DNA of 40,688 bases, from NCBI GenBank assembly GCA_043803685.1, contig JAZDJU010000128.1:1-40688 (forward strand), in the 5' to 3' direction. The translations under genes were made by a program, and so were the position numbers. Position 1 is the first letter of the stretch. Each line of letters begins with the position of its first letter. Source of the DNA: Candidatus Omnitrophota bacterium. Lineage in GTDB: Bacteria > Omnitrophota > Omnitrophia > Omnitrophales > Aquincolibacteriaceae. The notes under the pieces were generated by a model. That model saw nothing but the letters and a program-made list of their open reading frames with translations, did no database searches and was not told the DNA's origin. Shown in pieces: positions 1 to 9,800 of this stretch.

Positions 1-222
1 ATGGTCAAAAAGACATTTATGATGCTGGACTCGTATGATATAGTCCTGCCTTTCGAGCAAGTGGTGGTGGTGCATATGTGGCGGTAAGAGCTGCCGAATG
101 CCGAGCTTAAAAACCTCAAGTGGATCCGCACAAAACGGATCGGGCAAGCCTGCCTTTCACTCTTTTTCCGATTGGAATCAACTAATGAAAAAACGAAAAG
201 CTATATATCCGGGGAGCTTTGA
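1..222 (+). pseudogene. rsmD: 3' part of a probable 16S rRNA m2G966 methyltransferase (RsmD), with an in-frame TAA at 85-87
   Basis: Frame 1 reads VKKTFMMLDSYDIVLPFEQVVVVHMWR*ELPNAELKNLKWIRTKRIGQACLSLFFR..., resembling the RsmD C-terminus (vvEH...lp...l...r.k.yG.t.ls.f). It overlaps the coaD start, matching the common rsmD-coaD order. Partial at the window edge. Confidence 0.55.
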
Positions 223-682
223 TCCCGTCACGTTCGGTCATCTGGATCTGATCGAACGCGCCCTGAACCTCTTTGACGAATTGATCGTGGTTGTGGCCTC
301 GAATCCTTCGAAAAAGACCCTCTTTACGGCAACGGAACGGGCGAACTTTTTGAAAGCGGCGCTCAAAAGCCATCCTCGTGTCAAAGTATCCAATTGGGAG
401 GGGTTGACAGTCCACCTTGCCGAAAAGGAGAATGCTTATACGCTGATCCGGGGCATACGGGCGACATCAGATTTTGATTATGAGTTTCAAATGGCCCTGA
501 CCAACCGCAAACTCGCGCCGAAGATCGACACTTTGTTTTTGATGCCGTCCGAATCCCATTTTTATCTTTCGTCACGCCTCATCAAGGAGATCGCCCAATT
601 GGGCGGTGACGTAACGCCCTATGTTCCGCCAGTAGTCGCGACGCAGATCCGAAAAAAGCTTTCAACTACCAGAACCCGCTAA
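185..682 (+). CDS. coaD: Pantetheine-phosphate adenylyltransferase
   Basis: YPGSFDPVTFGHLD, RGIR..DFDYE and SSRLIKE motifs. The ATG at 185 (MKKRKAIY) is preferred over the ORF-track start at 98. Confidence 0.97.
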   Translation: MKKRKAIYPGSFDPVTFGHLDLIERALNLFDELIVVVASNPSKKTLFTATERANFLKAALKSHPRVKVSNWEGLTVHLAEKENAYTLIRGIRATSDFDYEFQMALTNRKLAPKIDTLFLMPSESHFYLSSRLIKEIAQLGGDVTPYVPPVVATQIRKKLSTTRTR

Positions 683-683
683 T

Positions 684-1166
684 ATGAAACTCATTCTTTC
701 AGAATTTCAGGAAGGTATCTCGATTCACGTTGAAGGGTCCTACGACGCTAAAACGATCGAGGTCGAGTTTCCGGACATGCTTTATACGGAACCCATTTTT
801 CTTTCCGGTGAAGCCGAAAAAAGCGGCGGAATGCTTCGCATTCAAGGGGTTCTGACCACCGCCGTTAAACGGATCTGCGGAAAATGTCTGAAAGAAAAGA
901 ACGAAAAGCTGTCGTTTGACGTGGACTGGATCTTCGATCTCTCAGGTAAAGAATCGGTCGAGCCGCTAGAGAATGTGCGTGAGCTTTTGATCGTAGAACA
1001 CCCCTTGGTACACCTGTGCAAATCCCTCTGTCGTGGGTTATGCGCGAAATGCGGTATCGATCTTAACGAAGGCACTTGCAATTGCAAAGAAAATGGCTAT
1101 CATGCTTCCCCAGTCATCATAAAAAAAGCGAAATCCAAGAAGGAGCGACATCATGGCACATCCTAA
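684..1166 (+). CDS. DUF177/YceD family protein (23S rRNA accumulation / large-subunit biogenesis)
   Basis: C-x2-CL motif and C-terminal LC...CRGLC..CG.DLN.G.C.C motif; directly upstream of rpmF. Confidence 0.9.
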   Translation: MKLILSEFQEGISIHVEGSYDAKTIEVEFPDMLYTEPIFLSGEAEKSGGMLRIQGVLTTAVKRICGKCLKEKNEKLSFDVDWIFDLSGKESVEPLENVRELLIVEHPLVHLCKSLCRGLCAKCGIDLNEGTCNCKENGYHASPVIIKKAKSKKERHHGTS

Positions 1167-1350
1167 GAGAAGACATTCGAACACGCGCTCGCAACTGCGC
1201 CGGGCTAATGATCATTTGGTCCCGCAATCCAAGTCCCAGTGCAAACAGTGCGGCGCCTTTATCCTGCCTCACCGCGTCTGCACTGCCTGCGGCTTTTACA
1301 AAGGGAAGCTGGTCAAGGTGATCAAGGTTAAGACCAAGGAGAAGAAATAG
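1153..1350 (+). CDS. rpmF: 50S ribosomal protein L32 (Zn-ribbon form)
   Basis: MAHPKRRHS...CKQCG...PHRVCTACGFYKG; AAGGAG Shine-Dalgarno upstream. Confidence 0.97.
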   Translation: MAHPKRRHSNTRSQLRRANDHLVPQSKSQCKQCGAFILPHRVCTACGFYKGKLVKVIKVKTKEKK

Positions 1351-1354
1351 TCCC

Positions 1355-2404
1355 ATGATCCGAATTGCCCTAGACGGAATGGGCGGGGATTATGCCCCGC
1401 AGGTCGTGGTCGAGGGAGCCGTTATGGCGGCCAACGACTTCGAAAATCTGGAGATCGTTCTTGTCGGTCAGACTGCCGCTCTAAAGCAGGAGCTGAACAA
1501 GCATAAGGTTATTGGCGGCAAGATCGTCCTCATCGAAGCTAGCGAAGTCATTGGCATGGGGGAATCGCCGGTCGCCGCACTCCGCAAGAAAAAAGACTCT
1601 TCGATCGGTGTTTGCATTGATCTCTTGAAGAAAAAAGATTGCGCCGCCGCCGTTTCCGCGGGGAATACAGGCGCGATGGTCGCTGCCTCCACACTCCTTC
1701 TCGGGCTGTTGCCCGGTATCAAGCGTCCCGGGATTGCCATTGCGACACCAACACTCCACGGCATGTCTGTCACGACGGATGTGGGTGCGAACCTGAATCC
1801 CTCCGCTTACGAACTTTTTCAATATGCGATCATGGCGGATGTGTTCGCCAAATGCATCCTCAAGAAAAAACGTCCCGCGATCGGACTTCTCAATATTGGA
1901 GAGGAAGAATCCAAGGGGACAGAAGTCCTCAAAGAGACCTATAAGCTTTTACGCGAATCATCGCTTAATTTTATCGGAAATATCGAAGGGCGCGATTTTT
2001 TTACCGGTAAAGCCGATTGCATCATCTGCGACGGTTTTGTCGGCAACGTGGTGCTCAAGATGATCGAAAGCATTCTTGAAACTTCCGTGGCGCTCATTGG
2101 CCGGGAATTGCGCAAGAATCTTTTCACTTCTCTTGCCGCCTGGCTTCTGAAACCGGCTCTCTCTTCCATTCGCAGAGCGACCGATTATGAAAAAGCCGGT
2201 GGAGCGCCGCTTCTCGGGGTGGACGGAAACGTTATTATTAGCCATGGCATATCCTCCGCTCTGGCGATCCGCAATGCGATCCGCGTCGCGGGAGAACTTG
2301 TGACTACGCGCGTCAATGCGCAGATCGTCGAAGCCATCACGCCTTACCTGAATCATGCTGCGACACCCGTTCCTCCGGTGGAACGCAAATCCAGCAATGC
2401 ATAA
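1355..2404 (+). CDS. plsX: Phosphate acyltransferase PlsX
   Basis: IALDGMGGDYAP, SAGNTGA, DVGAN, LLNIGEEESKG, CDGFVGNVVLK, GGAPLLGV motifs. Confidence 0.97.
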   Translation: MIRIALDGMGGDYAPQVVVEGAVMAANDFENLEIVLVGQTAALKQELNKHKVIGGKIVLIEASEVIGMGESPVAALRKKKDSSIGVCIDLLKKKDCAAAVSAGNTGAMVAASTLLLGLLPGIKRPGIAIATPTLHGMSVTTDVGANLNPSAYELFQYAIMADVFAKCILKKKRPAIGLLNIGEEESKGTEVLKETYKLLRESSLNFIGNIEGRDFFTGKADCIICDGFVGNVVLKMIESILETSVALIGRELRKNLFTSLAAWLLKPALSSIRRATDYEKAGGAPLLGVDGNVIISHGISSALAIRNAIRVAGELVTTRVNAQIVEAITPYLNHAATPVPPVERKSSNA

Positions 2405-2435
2405 TAATTAACCCCATTCGCCCACAAAAGGAACC

Positions 2436-3422
2436 ATGACCGCACCCTATCGCGCTGCTATTACTGGACTCGGGGCATATTTGCCCGAAAAGATTTTAAC
2501 GAACGCTGAAATTGAAAAGATAGTCGATACCACCGACGAATGGATACGTACTCGCACGGGGATCCGCGAACGCAGGATCGCGGCCGAGCACCAGGCCACG
2601 AGCGATCTTGCCTTGCCGGCAGCCCAGGAAGCGCTGAAGAATGCCGGCCTTACGCCCAAAGATCTCGATCTCATTATTGTCGCGACGACGTCTCCGGATA
2701 TGATCTTTCCGTCGGCCTCATGTTATCTCCAGGCCAAGCTCGGAGCCTCGTGCGGGGCCTTTGACCTTGCCGCCGCCTGTTCAGGCTTTGCTTATGCTCT
2801 TTCGGTGGCTGAGGGATTCATAAAATCCGGCATTTACAATAATGTTTTAGTCGTCGGCGCTGAAACGATCTCACGCTTCATTAATTGGAAAGACCGCGGC
2901 ACCTGTGTTCTTTTCTGGGATGGCGCCGGAGCTGCCGTTGTCTCAAAATCCAGGGACGGTCACGGCATCCTCGCATCCTGCCTGGGTGCCGATGGCACAC
3001 AAAGTGAGATCCTGCAGATCCCGGCCGGGGGGTCCAGGATCCCGCCAAGCGTCGAAAGCATCGCGAACGCACAACATTATATCCGCATGGACGGTCCCGC
3101 ACTTTTCAAGATCGCAGTCAAGACCATGGAACAAGCTGTTCGTAATGTTTTGGCGCAAGAAAATCTCCAAGTGAGCGATATCCATTGCCTCATCCCGCAT
3201 CAGGCGAACAATCGCATTCTGCAAGCTGTGGCGGACCGGTTGGAGATCCCCGCGGAAAAAGTTTTTATCAATGTGGATCGCTATGGCAATATGTCGAGCG
3301 CTTCCACTGTGATCGCTCTTTATGAAGCTGTCAAAAGCGGCGCCGTCAAAAAAGGGGACTATGTGGTCCTCGTCGCCTTCGGCGGTGGCCTCACCTGGGG
3401 CGCTAGCCTCATTAAGTGGTGA
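2436..3422 (+). CDS. fabH: 3-oxoacyl-ACP synthase III
   Basis: AACSGF catalytic Cys, PHQAN, YGNMSSAS, AFGGGLTWG. The conserved LFGDGAG reads LFWDGAG here. Confidence 0.96.
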   Translation: MTAPYRAAITGLGAYLPEKILTNAEIEKIVDTTDEWIRTRTGIRERRIAAEHQATSDLALPAAQEALKNAGLTPKDLDLIIVATTSPDMIFPSASCYLQAKLGASCGAFDLAAACSGFAYALSVAEGFIKSGIYNNVLVVGAETISRFINWKDRGTCVLFWDGAGAAVVSKSRDGHGILASCLGADGTQSEILQIPAGGSRIPPSVESIANAQHYIRMDGPALFKIAVKTMEQAVRNVLAQENLQVSDIHCLIPHQANNRILQAVADRLEIPAEKVFINVDRYGNMSSASTVIALYEAVKSGAVKKGDYVVLVAFGGGLTWGASLIKW

Positions 3423-3427
3423 TCTCC

Positions 3428-4369
3428 ATGACCCAGCCGATTGGATTTCTGTTTCCTGGACAGGGCGCGCAATTCGTAGGTATGGGCAAAGATCTTTGCG
3501 CAGAAAGTCCAGCCGCAGTTGCGGTCTATAAAAAAGCCGACGAGATTCTCGGCTATTCCATCAGCCAGATCTGTTTTTCCGGACCTGAAACGGAGTTGAC
3601 GCGAACCCTTTACGCTCAAACTGGCATTTTGGTCACAAGTCTCGCTGCTCTAGCGGCGCTTCGCGAAAAGAATCCCGATCTCATACCTTCTCTCGTCGCA
3701 GGATTAAGTCTTGGTGAGTTCACAGCTTTAACCGTCGCCGAGGCGATCTCTTTCGAGAACGCGCTCAAATTGGTTCAGATCCGGGCCGAAGCCATGGAAG
3801 AGGCTGCCAAGAATAATCCTGGTACCATGGCGTTCATTATGGGCCTTACGATGGAGCAGTGCGCCGCTATCGCCCAAGAAGCGGGATGTGAGGTTGCGAA
3901 TCTTAATGCTCCGGACCAAACGGTGCTTTCAGGAACTTTGCCGACCATTGAACAGGCTTGCAAGCTTGCCGAAGCTAAGGGCGCTAAACGCGCCATGCTC
4001 CTTAAAGTCGGCGGTGCATTTCACTCCTCGCTCATGGACGAAGCAAAAGCCCGATTGGAAGCAGCGCTTGCCAGCACTCCGATCCAGCGGCCTAAATGCG
4101 ATTTCATTCCCAATGTTACGGCGCAGAAGGTGTCGGACCCTGAAGAGATCCGGAAACTCCTTGCCAAACAGTTGACGAGTTCGGTCCAATGGGTCCGAAC
4201 GATGGCATCGGCTAAGGAATCCGGGATCACGACTTACCTGGAAATCGGTCCCGGCAAGATCCTGAAAGGTCTAGCACGAAAATGTCAGCCTGAATTCGAA
4301 GTTTTTTCTTTTGGCGCTATGGCCGACCTCAAAAGCCTTGAATCTCTTGTCGCAGTAATTAAATCATAA
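3428..4369 (+). CDS. fabD: Malonyl-CoA:ACP transacylase
   Basis: FPGQGAQ, GLSLGE (GxSxG nucleophile), GAFHS, EIGPG. ATG at 3428. Confidence 0.96.
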   Translation: MTQPIGFLFPGQGAQFVGMGKDLCAESPAAVAVYKKADEILGYSISQICFSGPETELTRTLYAQTGILVTSLAALAALREKNPDLIPSLVAGLSLGEFTALTVAEAISFENALKLVQIRAEAMEEAAKNNPGTMAFIMGLTMEQCAAIAQEAGCEVANLNAPDQTVLSGTLPTIEQACKLAEAKGAKRAMLLKVGGAFHSSLMDEAKARLEAALASTPIQRPKCDFIPNVTAQKVSDPEEIRKLLAKQLTSSVQWVRTMASAKESGITTYLEIGPGKILKGLARKCQPEFEVFSFGAMADLKSLESLVAVIKS

Positions 4370-4387
4370 CCCTAAGGAGAATGAACC

Positions 4388-5131
4388 ATGATGCTTAAGA
4401 ATAAAGTCGCGCTTGTGACGGGTGCCGGTCGCGGGATCGGTCAGTCAATCGCGCTGGCGTTCGCAAAAGAGGGTGCTATTTTGGTCCTTTCGGACCTCAA
4501 AACAGAGTTTTTAACGAAGACAGAAACACTCGCAAAACAGGCTGGATCGCCAAAATGCGTTTTGACGCAAGCCAATGTGGCGAATGGGGATGAAGTGGAG
4601 CAAGTTGTCAAAATCGCTCTTGACACGTTAGAGCGCATCGATATACTCGTCAACGTTGCGGGCATCACGAAGGACGGATTGCTCGCGACCATGTCCGAAC
4701 AAGACTGGGACGATGTTCTTTCGATCAACTTGAAGAGCGCATTCCTTTTCACCAAGGCGTGTGCAAGGCCCATGATGAAGCAGCGCGAGGGAAACATTAT
4801 TAATATTGCCTCCATCATCGGGATTGCAGGGAACGCCGGTCAGGCGAATTATGCGGCCTCAAAAGGCGGCATGATCGCATTGACGAAGAGCACCGCGAAG
4901 GAGTTGGCGAAGCGGAATATCCGGGCTAATGCAATCGCCCCGGGTTTTATCAAAAGCAAAATGACCGAAAAGCTTCCGCCGGATCTGATCGAGAAAATGA
5001 AAGAACGGATCGGGTTGAGGCGACTCGGAGAGCCTCAAGATGTAGCGAATGTGGCCGTATTTTTAGCGTCAGACGCATCCGCCTATGTCACCGGGCAGAC
5101 AATTGTTGTGGACGGTGGGCTCGTACTCTAA
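4388..5131 (+). CDS. fabG: 3-oxoacyl-ACP reductase
   Basis: TGAGRGIG, GITKDGL, GNAGQANYAASK, IAPGFI motifs; AAGGAG Shine-Dalgarno. Confidence 0.96.
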   Translation: MMLKNKVALVTGAGRGIGQSIALAFAKEGAILVLSDLKTEFLTKTETLAKQAGSPKCVLTQANVANGDEVEQVVKIALDTLERIDILVNVAGITKDGLLATMSEQDWDDVLSINLKSAFLFTKACARPMMKQREGNIINIASIIGIAGNAGQANYAASKGGMIALTKSTAKELAKRNIRANAIAPGFIKSKMTEKLPPDLIEKMKERIGLRRLGEPQDVANVAVFLASDASAYVTGQTIVVDGGLVL

Positions 5132-5180
5132 CGCGGTTTTTCAAAAGTAAAGTTATCAATCATTAAAGGAGGAAACATCA

Positions 5181-5420
5181 ATGGGCGTTCAAGAGAAGAT
5201 CACAGAAATCATTGTTGAGCAGCTTGGTGTAAAACCCGAAGAAGTCGTTCCTGAGGCGTCGTTCGTGGATGATCTTGGTGCGGATTCTTTGGACACGGTG
5301 GAACTCGTGATGGCTTTCGAAGAAGAATTCGGTGCGGAGATCCCGGACGAAGATGCTGAAAAGCTTCAGACCGTCGGCGATGCCATCAAATACGTTTCCG
5401 AGAAAACAAGCCAGAAGTAG
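5181..5420 (+). CDS. acpP: Acyl carrier protein
   Basis: [21 protein letters not shown] phosphopantetheine site; strong AAGGAGG Shine-Dalgarno. Confidence 0.98.
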   Translation: MGVQEKITEIIVEQLGVKPEEVVPEASFVDDLGADSLDTVELVMAFEEEFGAEIPDEDAEKLQTVGDAIKYVSEKTSQK

Positions 5421-5473
5421 TCGCTTGTTACTTCGCTTCTGAACATCTTTACATCAACGGATAACTCTCTATC

Positions 5474-6715
5474 ATGCGTCGTGTCGTCATCACAGGTATT
5501 GGTATGGTTACACCTATTGCCAATACCTCCGAAGAAACCTGGCAAGGCTTTTTGAAAGGCAAGAGCGGTACGGGTCCATTGACCCAGATCGATCCGACGC
5601 CTTTTAATTCTAAAGTCGCTGCCGAGGTTAAAAACTTCGAGCCCCTCAAATATATGACACCCAAAGATATCAAGAAATCGGATATCTTTGTCCAGTTCGG
5701 TGTCGCTAGCGCCAAAATGGCCATGGAAGACGCCAAACTTGATATCTCCAAGGTGGATGCCCATCGTGTTGGCATTCTCGTGGGTTCGGGGATCGGGGGA
5801 CTGCGCGTGATTGAAGAGCAGCACCGTCAGATGATGGAAAAAGGACCGGGAAGGATTTCCCCGTTCTTGATTCCGATGCTCATTGTAAACATGGCTCCAG
5901 GTCAGATCTCCATTGCCCTTGGTCTTAAAGGCCCAAGCAATTGCGTGGCGACGGCCTGTGCCACCGGATCGAATGCTATCGGTGATGCCTTCAAGTTGAT
6001 CCAGCGTGACGAAGCGGACGTCATGTTCGCTGGCGGTACGGAGTCCTGTATCACCAATCTTGGGTTTGGTGGCTTCGATGCCATGAAAGCCTTGAGTACT
6101 CACAACGAACGTCCTGAAACAGCTTCCCGCCCTTTTGACAAAACTCGTAGCGGGTTTGTCATGGGCGAAGGCTGTGCTGTTCTCATCATGGAAGAACTGG
6201 AGCATGCCAAGAAGCGTGGCGCCCGGATCTACGCCGAGATGGCAGGCTACGGCATGACCTCGGACGCTAGTCATATCACGGCGCCCGATCCCAGCGGTGA
6301 AGGGGCGGCCCGTTGCATGGTCAATGCCATGAAAGATGCCGGTATTCGCCCCTCGGATGTCGATTACATCAATGCTCACGGAACTTCGACGCCGTTGAAT
6401 GATAAAGTCGAGACTTTGGCGATTAAGAAAGCCTTAGGGGAAGATGTCGCGCGAAAAGTTCGCATCAGCTCGACAAAATCCATGACAGGGCATTTGCTCG
6501 GAGCGGCTGGCGCTGTAGAAGGCGCGGCGTGCGTCCTGGCGATCCGGGATCAGATCGTTCCTCCGACCATAAATTACAAGAATCCGGATCCCGATTGCGA
6601 TCTCAACTATGTGCCGAATGAAGCTCAGGTGTGCAAGGTGCGCGTCACTTTATCGAATTCGTTGGGTTTTGGGGGCCATAACGCTTGCATCGCGTTCAAA
6701 GCGTATCAGGAGTAG
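5474..6715 (+). CDS. fabF: 3-oxoacyl-ACP synthase II
   Basis: RRVVITGIG, TACATG, NAHGTST, STKSMTGHLLGAAG, NSLGFGGHN motifs. Confidence 0.97.
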   Translation: MRRVVITGIGMVTPIANTSEETWQGFLKGKSGTGPLTQIDPTPFNSKVAAEVKNFEPLKYMTPKDIKKSDIFVQFGVASAKMAMEDAKLDISKVDAHRVGILVGSGIGGLRVIEEQHRQMMEKGPGRISPFLIPMLIVNMAPGQISIALGLKGPSNCVATACATGSNAIGDAFKLIQRDEADVMFAGGTESCITNLGFGGFDAMKALSTHNERPETASRPFDKTRSGFVMGEGCAVLIMEELEHAKKRGARIYAEMAGYGMTSDASHITAPDPSGEGAARCMVNAMKDAGIRPSDVDYINAHGTSTPLNDKVETLAIKKALGEDVARKVRISSTKSMTGHLLGAAGAVEGAACVLAIRDQIVPPTINYKNPDPDCDLNYVPNEAQVCKVRVTLSNSLGFGGHNACIAFKAYQE

Positions 6716-6816
6716 ACTTTTTTCCTTCTTCAGACAGCACCCGCTACTGCCGAAATAGTAGTATCATAGAAATCTAACCCGTAAGGGGAAATGCTCTATC
6801 TTAAGAGCGTGACTGT

Positions 6817-9800
6817 ATGCGCCTTAAAAAACTCGAGCTTTTGGGTTTCAAATCCTTCGCCGAAAAAACCGAGGTAGCCTTTGACCAAGGGGTCACTTGC
6901 ATCGTCGGCCCTAACGGTTGTGGTAAGAGTAATGTCTCTGACGCTATCCGTTGGGTTTTGGGAGAGCGTAGCGCAAAACTTCTGCGCGGCTCGACCATGG
7001 AAGATGTCATCTTCAACGGAACCGAAGTCCGCAAACCTCTCGCCTTTGCCGAAGTTTCCCTAACGATCGACAACGCCGACCGAGGCATGCCGATCGAATA
7101 CAACGAAGTCACGCTCACGCGGCGTCTCTACCGTACCGGCGAGAGTGAATATCTCCTCAATAAAACCCAGTGTCGGCTCAAAGATATCCAGGACCTGATC
7201 CTCGACACAGGCATTGGTTCTTCGTCCTATTCCATGATCGAACAGGGAAGGATCGATTATATTCTCAAGGCGGATCCGGAAGAGCGCCGTTTTCTCATCG
7301 AGGAAGCCGCCGGCATCGCCAAATACAAGGTCAAAAAAGACGAATCCATTCGCAAACTCGAGCGGACTGAAGAAAACCTGAAGCGTCTTCAGGATATTGT
7401 CTTTGAAGTCCAAAAGAACATCCAGTACGCCGAACGCCAAGCCAAGCGCGCCGAACGCTATAAGCTCGAACTCGAACGTCTCAAGGCCCTCGAGATCAAA
7501 CGAGCCTTTTACGACCAACGCCAGATCGAGCAGAAGAAGCTCGAACTTACTCAGAATTTTCAATCAAAGTTGGATGCGCTTACAGCCCTTGAAGCAAGTC
7601 TTCAGGCCCAGCATCAGTCGATCGAGGAACAGGAAACCCGAGTTCGTGGGATCGGCCAGCGCTGCCACGTCAAGGAGGGCGAGCGCTACCAAGCCCTGGC
7701 CCAGATCGAAACGAACGATCAAAAGCTTCAATTCATCAGGGACAAGCGCGTCGAGCTTGCACAACAGCGCGGACAGCTTCTCCAGGAGCAGGATCAATTG
7801 CGTCAGGCTCTCGAAGCCGCGGCGATCCAGAAAAATGAACACCTTGAACTTCTCAGGACCCGTCAGAGTGAAAGTGGTCAACTTCAAGTGCGCCTCACGG
7901 AGACAAACCAGAAACTTCAGGAACATGAAGCCCTGATCCAGGAAGCGAAGCATGCCCTCGAAACGGCGCGTAAGGAATTCTTCGATGCAGCAAAGATCTC
8001 GACGCAGGCTCGCAATGAATTTCATCGGATCAAGGCTCTTGGCGAGAATCTGGATGCGCAGCATCGTCGGGAGGAGTCCAATACTGCCCGCCTAGTAGAA
8101 CAGATTGCGGCGTGGGACGAAAGGTTGAGATTTTGCCTTCAATCCCTTGAGAACGCGAATGCCGGACTGCAAAGTACACTTACGGGGCATCAGGGACTTC
8201 GGGCCACCCTCCATGCTTTTGAGCACGAGCTCACGGAGCTCCGTGAACATGCTCAGGAGATCCGGCTCGCACTTCGGGAAAAAGAATCGCGTCTTCACAC
8301 GCTTACGGAAATGGAAGATGAGAATCCGGGGGCCTTTCAAGAGTTTTTAAACGAGGCGACTCATCAGGTGCCTGGACTTGTCCGAAGCCTTCAGGAGATC
8401 GTGAAGGTCCGGGACGGCTACGAATGGGCTGTGGACGTCGTGTTGGGACAGTTCGCAAGGTCTTTGGTCGCAGGAGATGTGCCGACCGCTCAAGCGCTTG
8501 TGGAGAGATTAAGCGCGCGGCGCTCTCTGGCAATCGGCATTTTCCTCAAAACTCAGACAGCGTTTTCCGCAGAAGCTTCTCAATACTATGCGTCTTTCGG
8601 ATTCCGGCCGCTTGCCGAATTTGTCCAGATCGAATCCGGCTATGAAGGTCTTTTGGATAATGTTTTCGTCGGCGAAGCCTTTCCGCTTCAGCAGCTTGAC
8701 GCTCTTTTGCAGGCCCCGTCTCCGGCAAATCTTGTTTCCCGTGATGGCTTATTTCTGAGCGCGGACCGTCGGATATTTTTCTGGAACGACCAGAGCCGCT
8801 CCCGATTCTTCTTTTCCAGAGATTCTGAGATGTCGAAGATCCGGCAGGAGATTGAGTCCCTCACGACGCAAGCGCAGGAAAAAGAGACGAAAATCGGCTA
8901 TCTCGAAACCGAGCTCGCGTCCTTGCGGACCCAGGGCGCCGAGGCCGCTGAACAAAAAACGTCGGCCCTCATCGAAAAAGAATCCCTCGAAAGTGAACGG
9001 AAGAACATTGAAGATCGTCTCCTGGGGTTTCGGGAAGAGAAAGAGCTGTCTGTTTCTGAAGCCCAAGATCTGACACAAGAGATCGCGCGAATCCGCGCCG
9101 CGATGGAACGGGTCCAGGCGTCTCTTGTTCAGGCTGAGCAGGAGGAATCAAGATTTGATGGGGGCCAGCGTCAACGGGAAAAGGATCTCGAGCAAAGCTT
9201 AAGCGCTCGCGAGAACGTTCTGAATGAGGCACGGCAGTGCCAGACCCAGGTCGAGCAATCCCAGCAGGGAATGCGCCACCTCGAAGAATCACTCAGGCTC
9301 ATCGAGCAACACGCGGTGAAAGACCAGGAGCGCCAGGCTTTTCTCGAGCAGGGAAAAGAACGTATTGCGACCAAAGAGGTGGATCTGGATCAGGATGAAG
9401 CGGTGTGTGTCCGTCTCGCTGAGGAGCACCGTGATCGTCTGCACGCGGTAGATGTTGATCTCGAATTGTTGCGCAAAGACCAGCGGGAGCAGGAAGAGCT
9501 TCTCACCGGTCTGCGTCATGCTCTGGATCAGGCGCTCCATTCTCAGAAGGTCCTGCAGGATGAGGAACACCAGATATCGCTTCAACAGATGGATCTCGAC
9601 TACCAGCTCAAGAACGTAGGAGAGCGGCTCCTTCAACGCTACCGTTTGAACCTCTCAGAGCTCAACGGACAGGATTATGTTTTCACGGAAGAAGAATTAG
9701 CCACCGCTGAGGAAACGATCACGGCCCTTCAGAATAAGGTTGATTCCCTTGGAACTGTTAATCTGCTCGCCATCGAGGAATATCAGGAGTTGAAGACGCG

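Noticed and set aside
3700..3720. FabD GLSLGE instead of GHSLGE
   Set aside because: A known natural variant; the catalytic GxSxG is intact.
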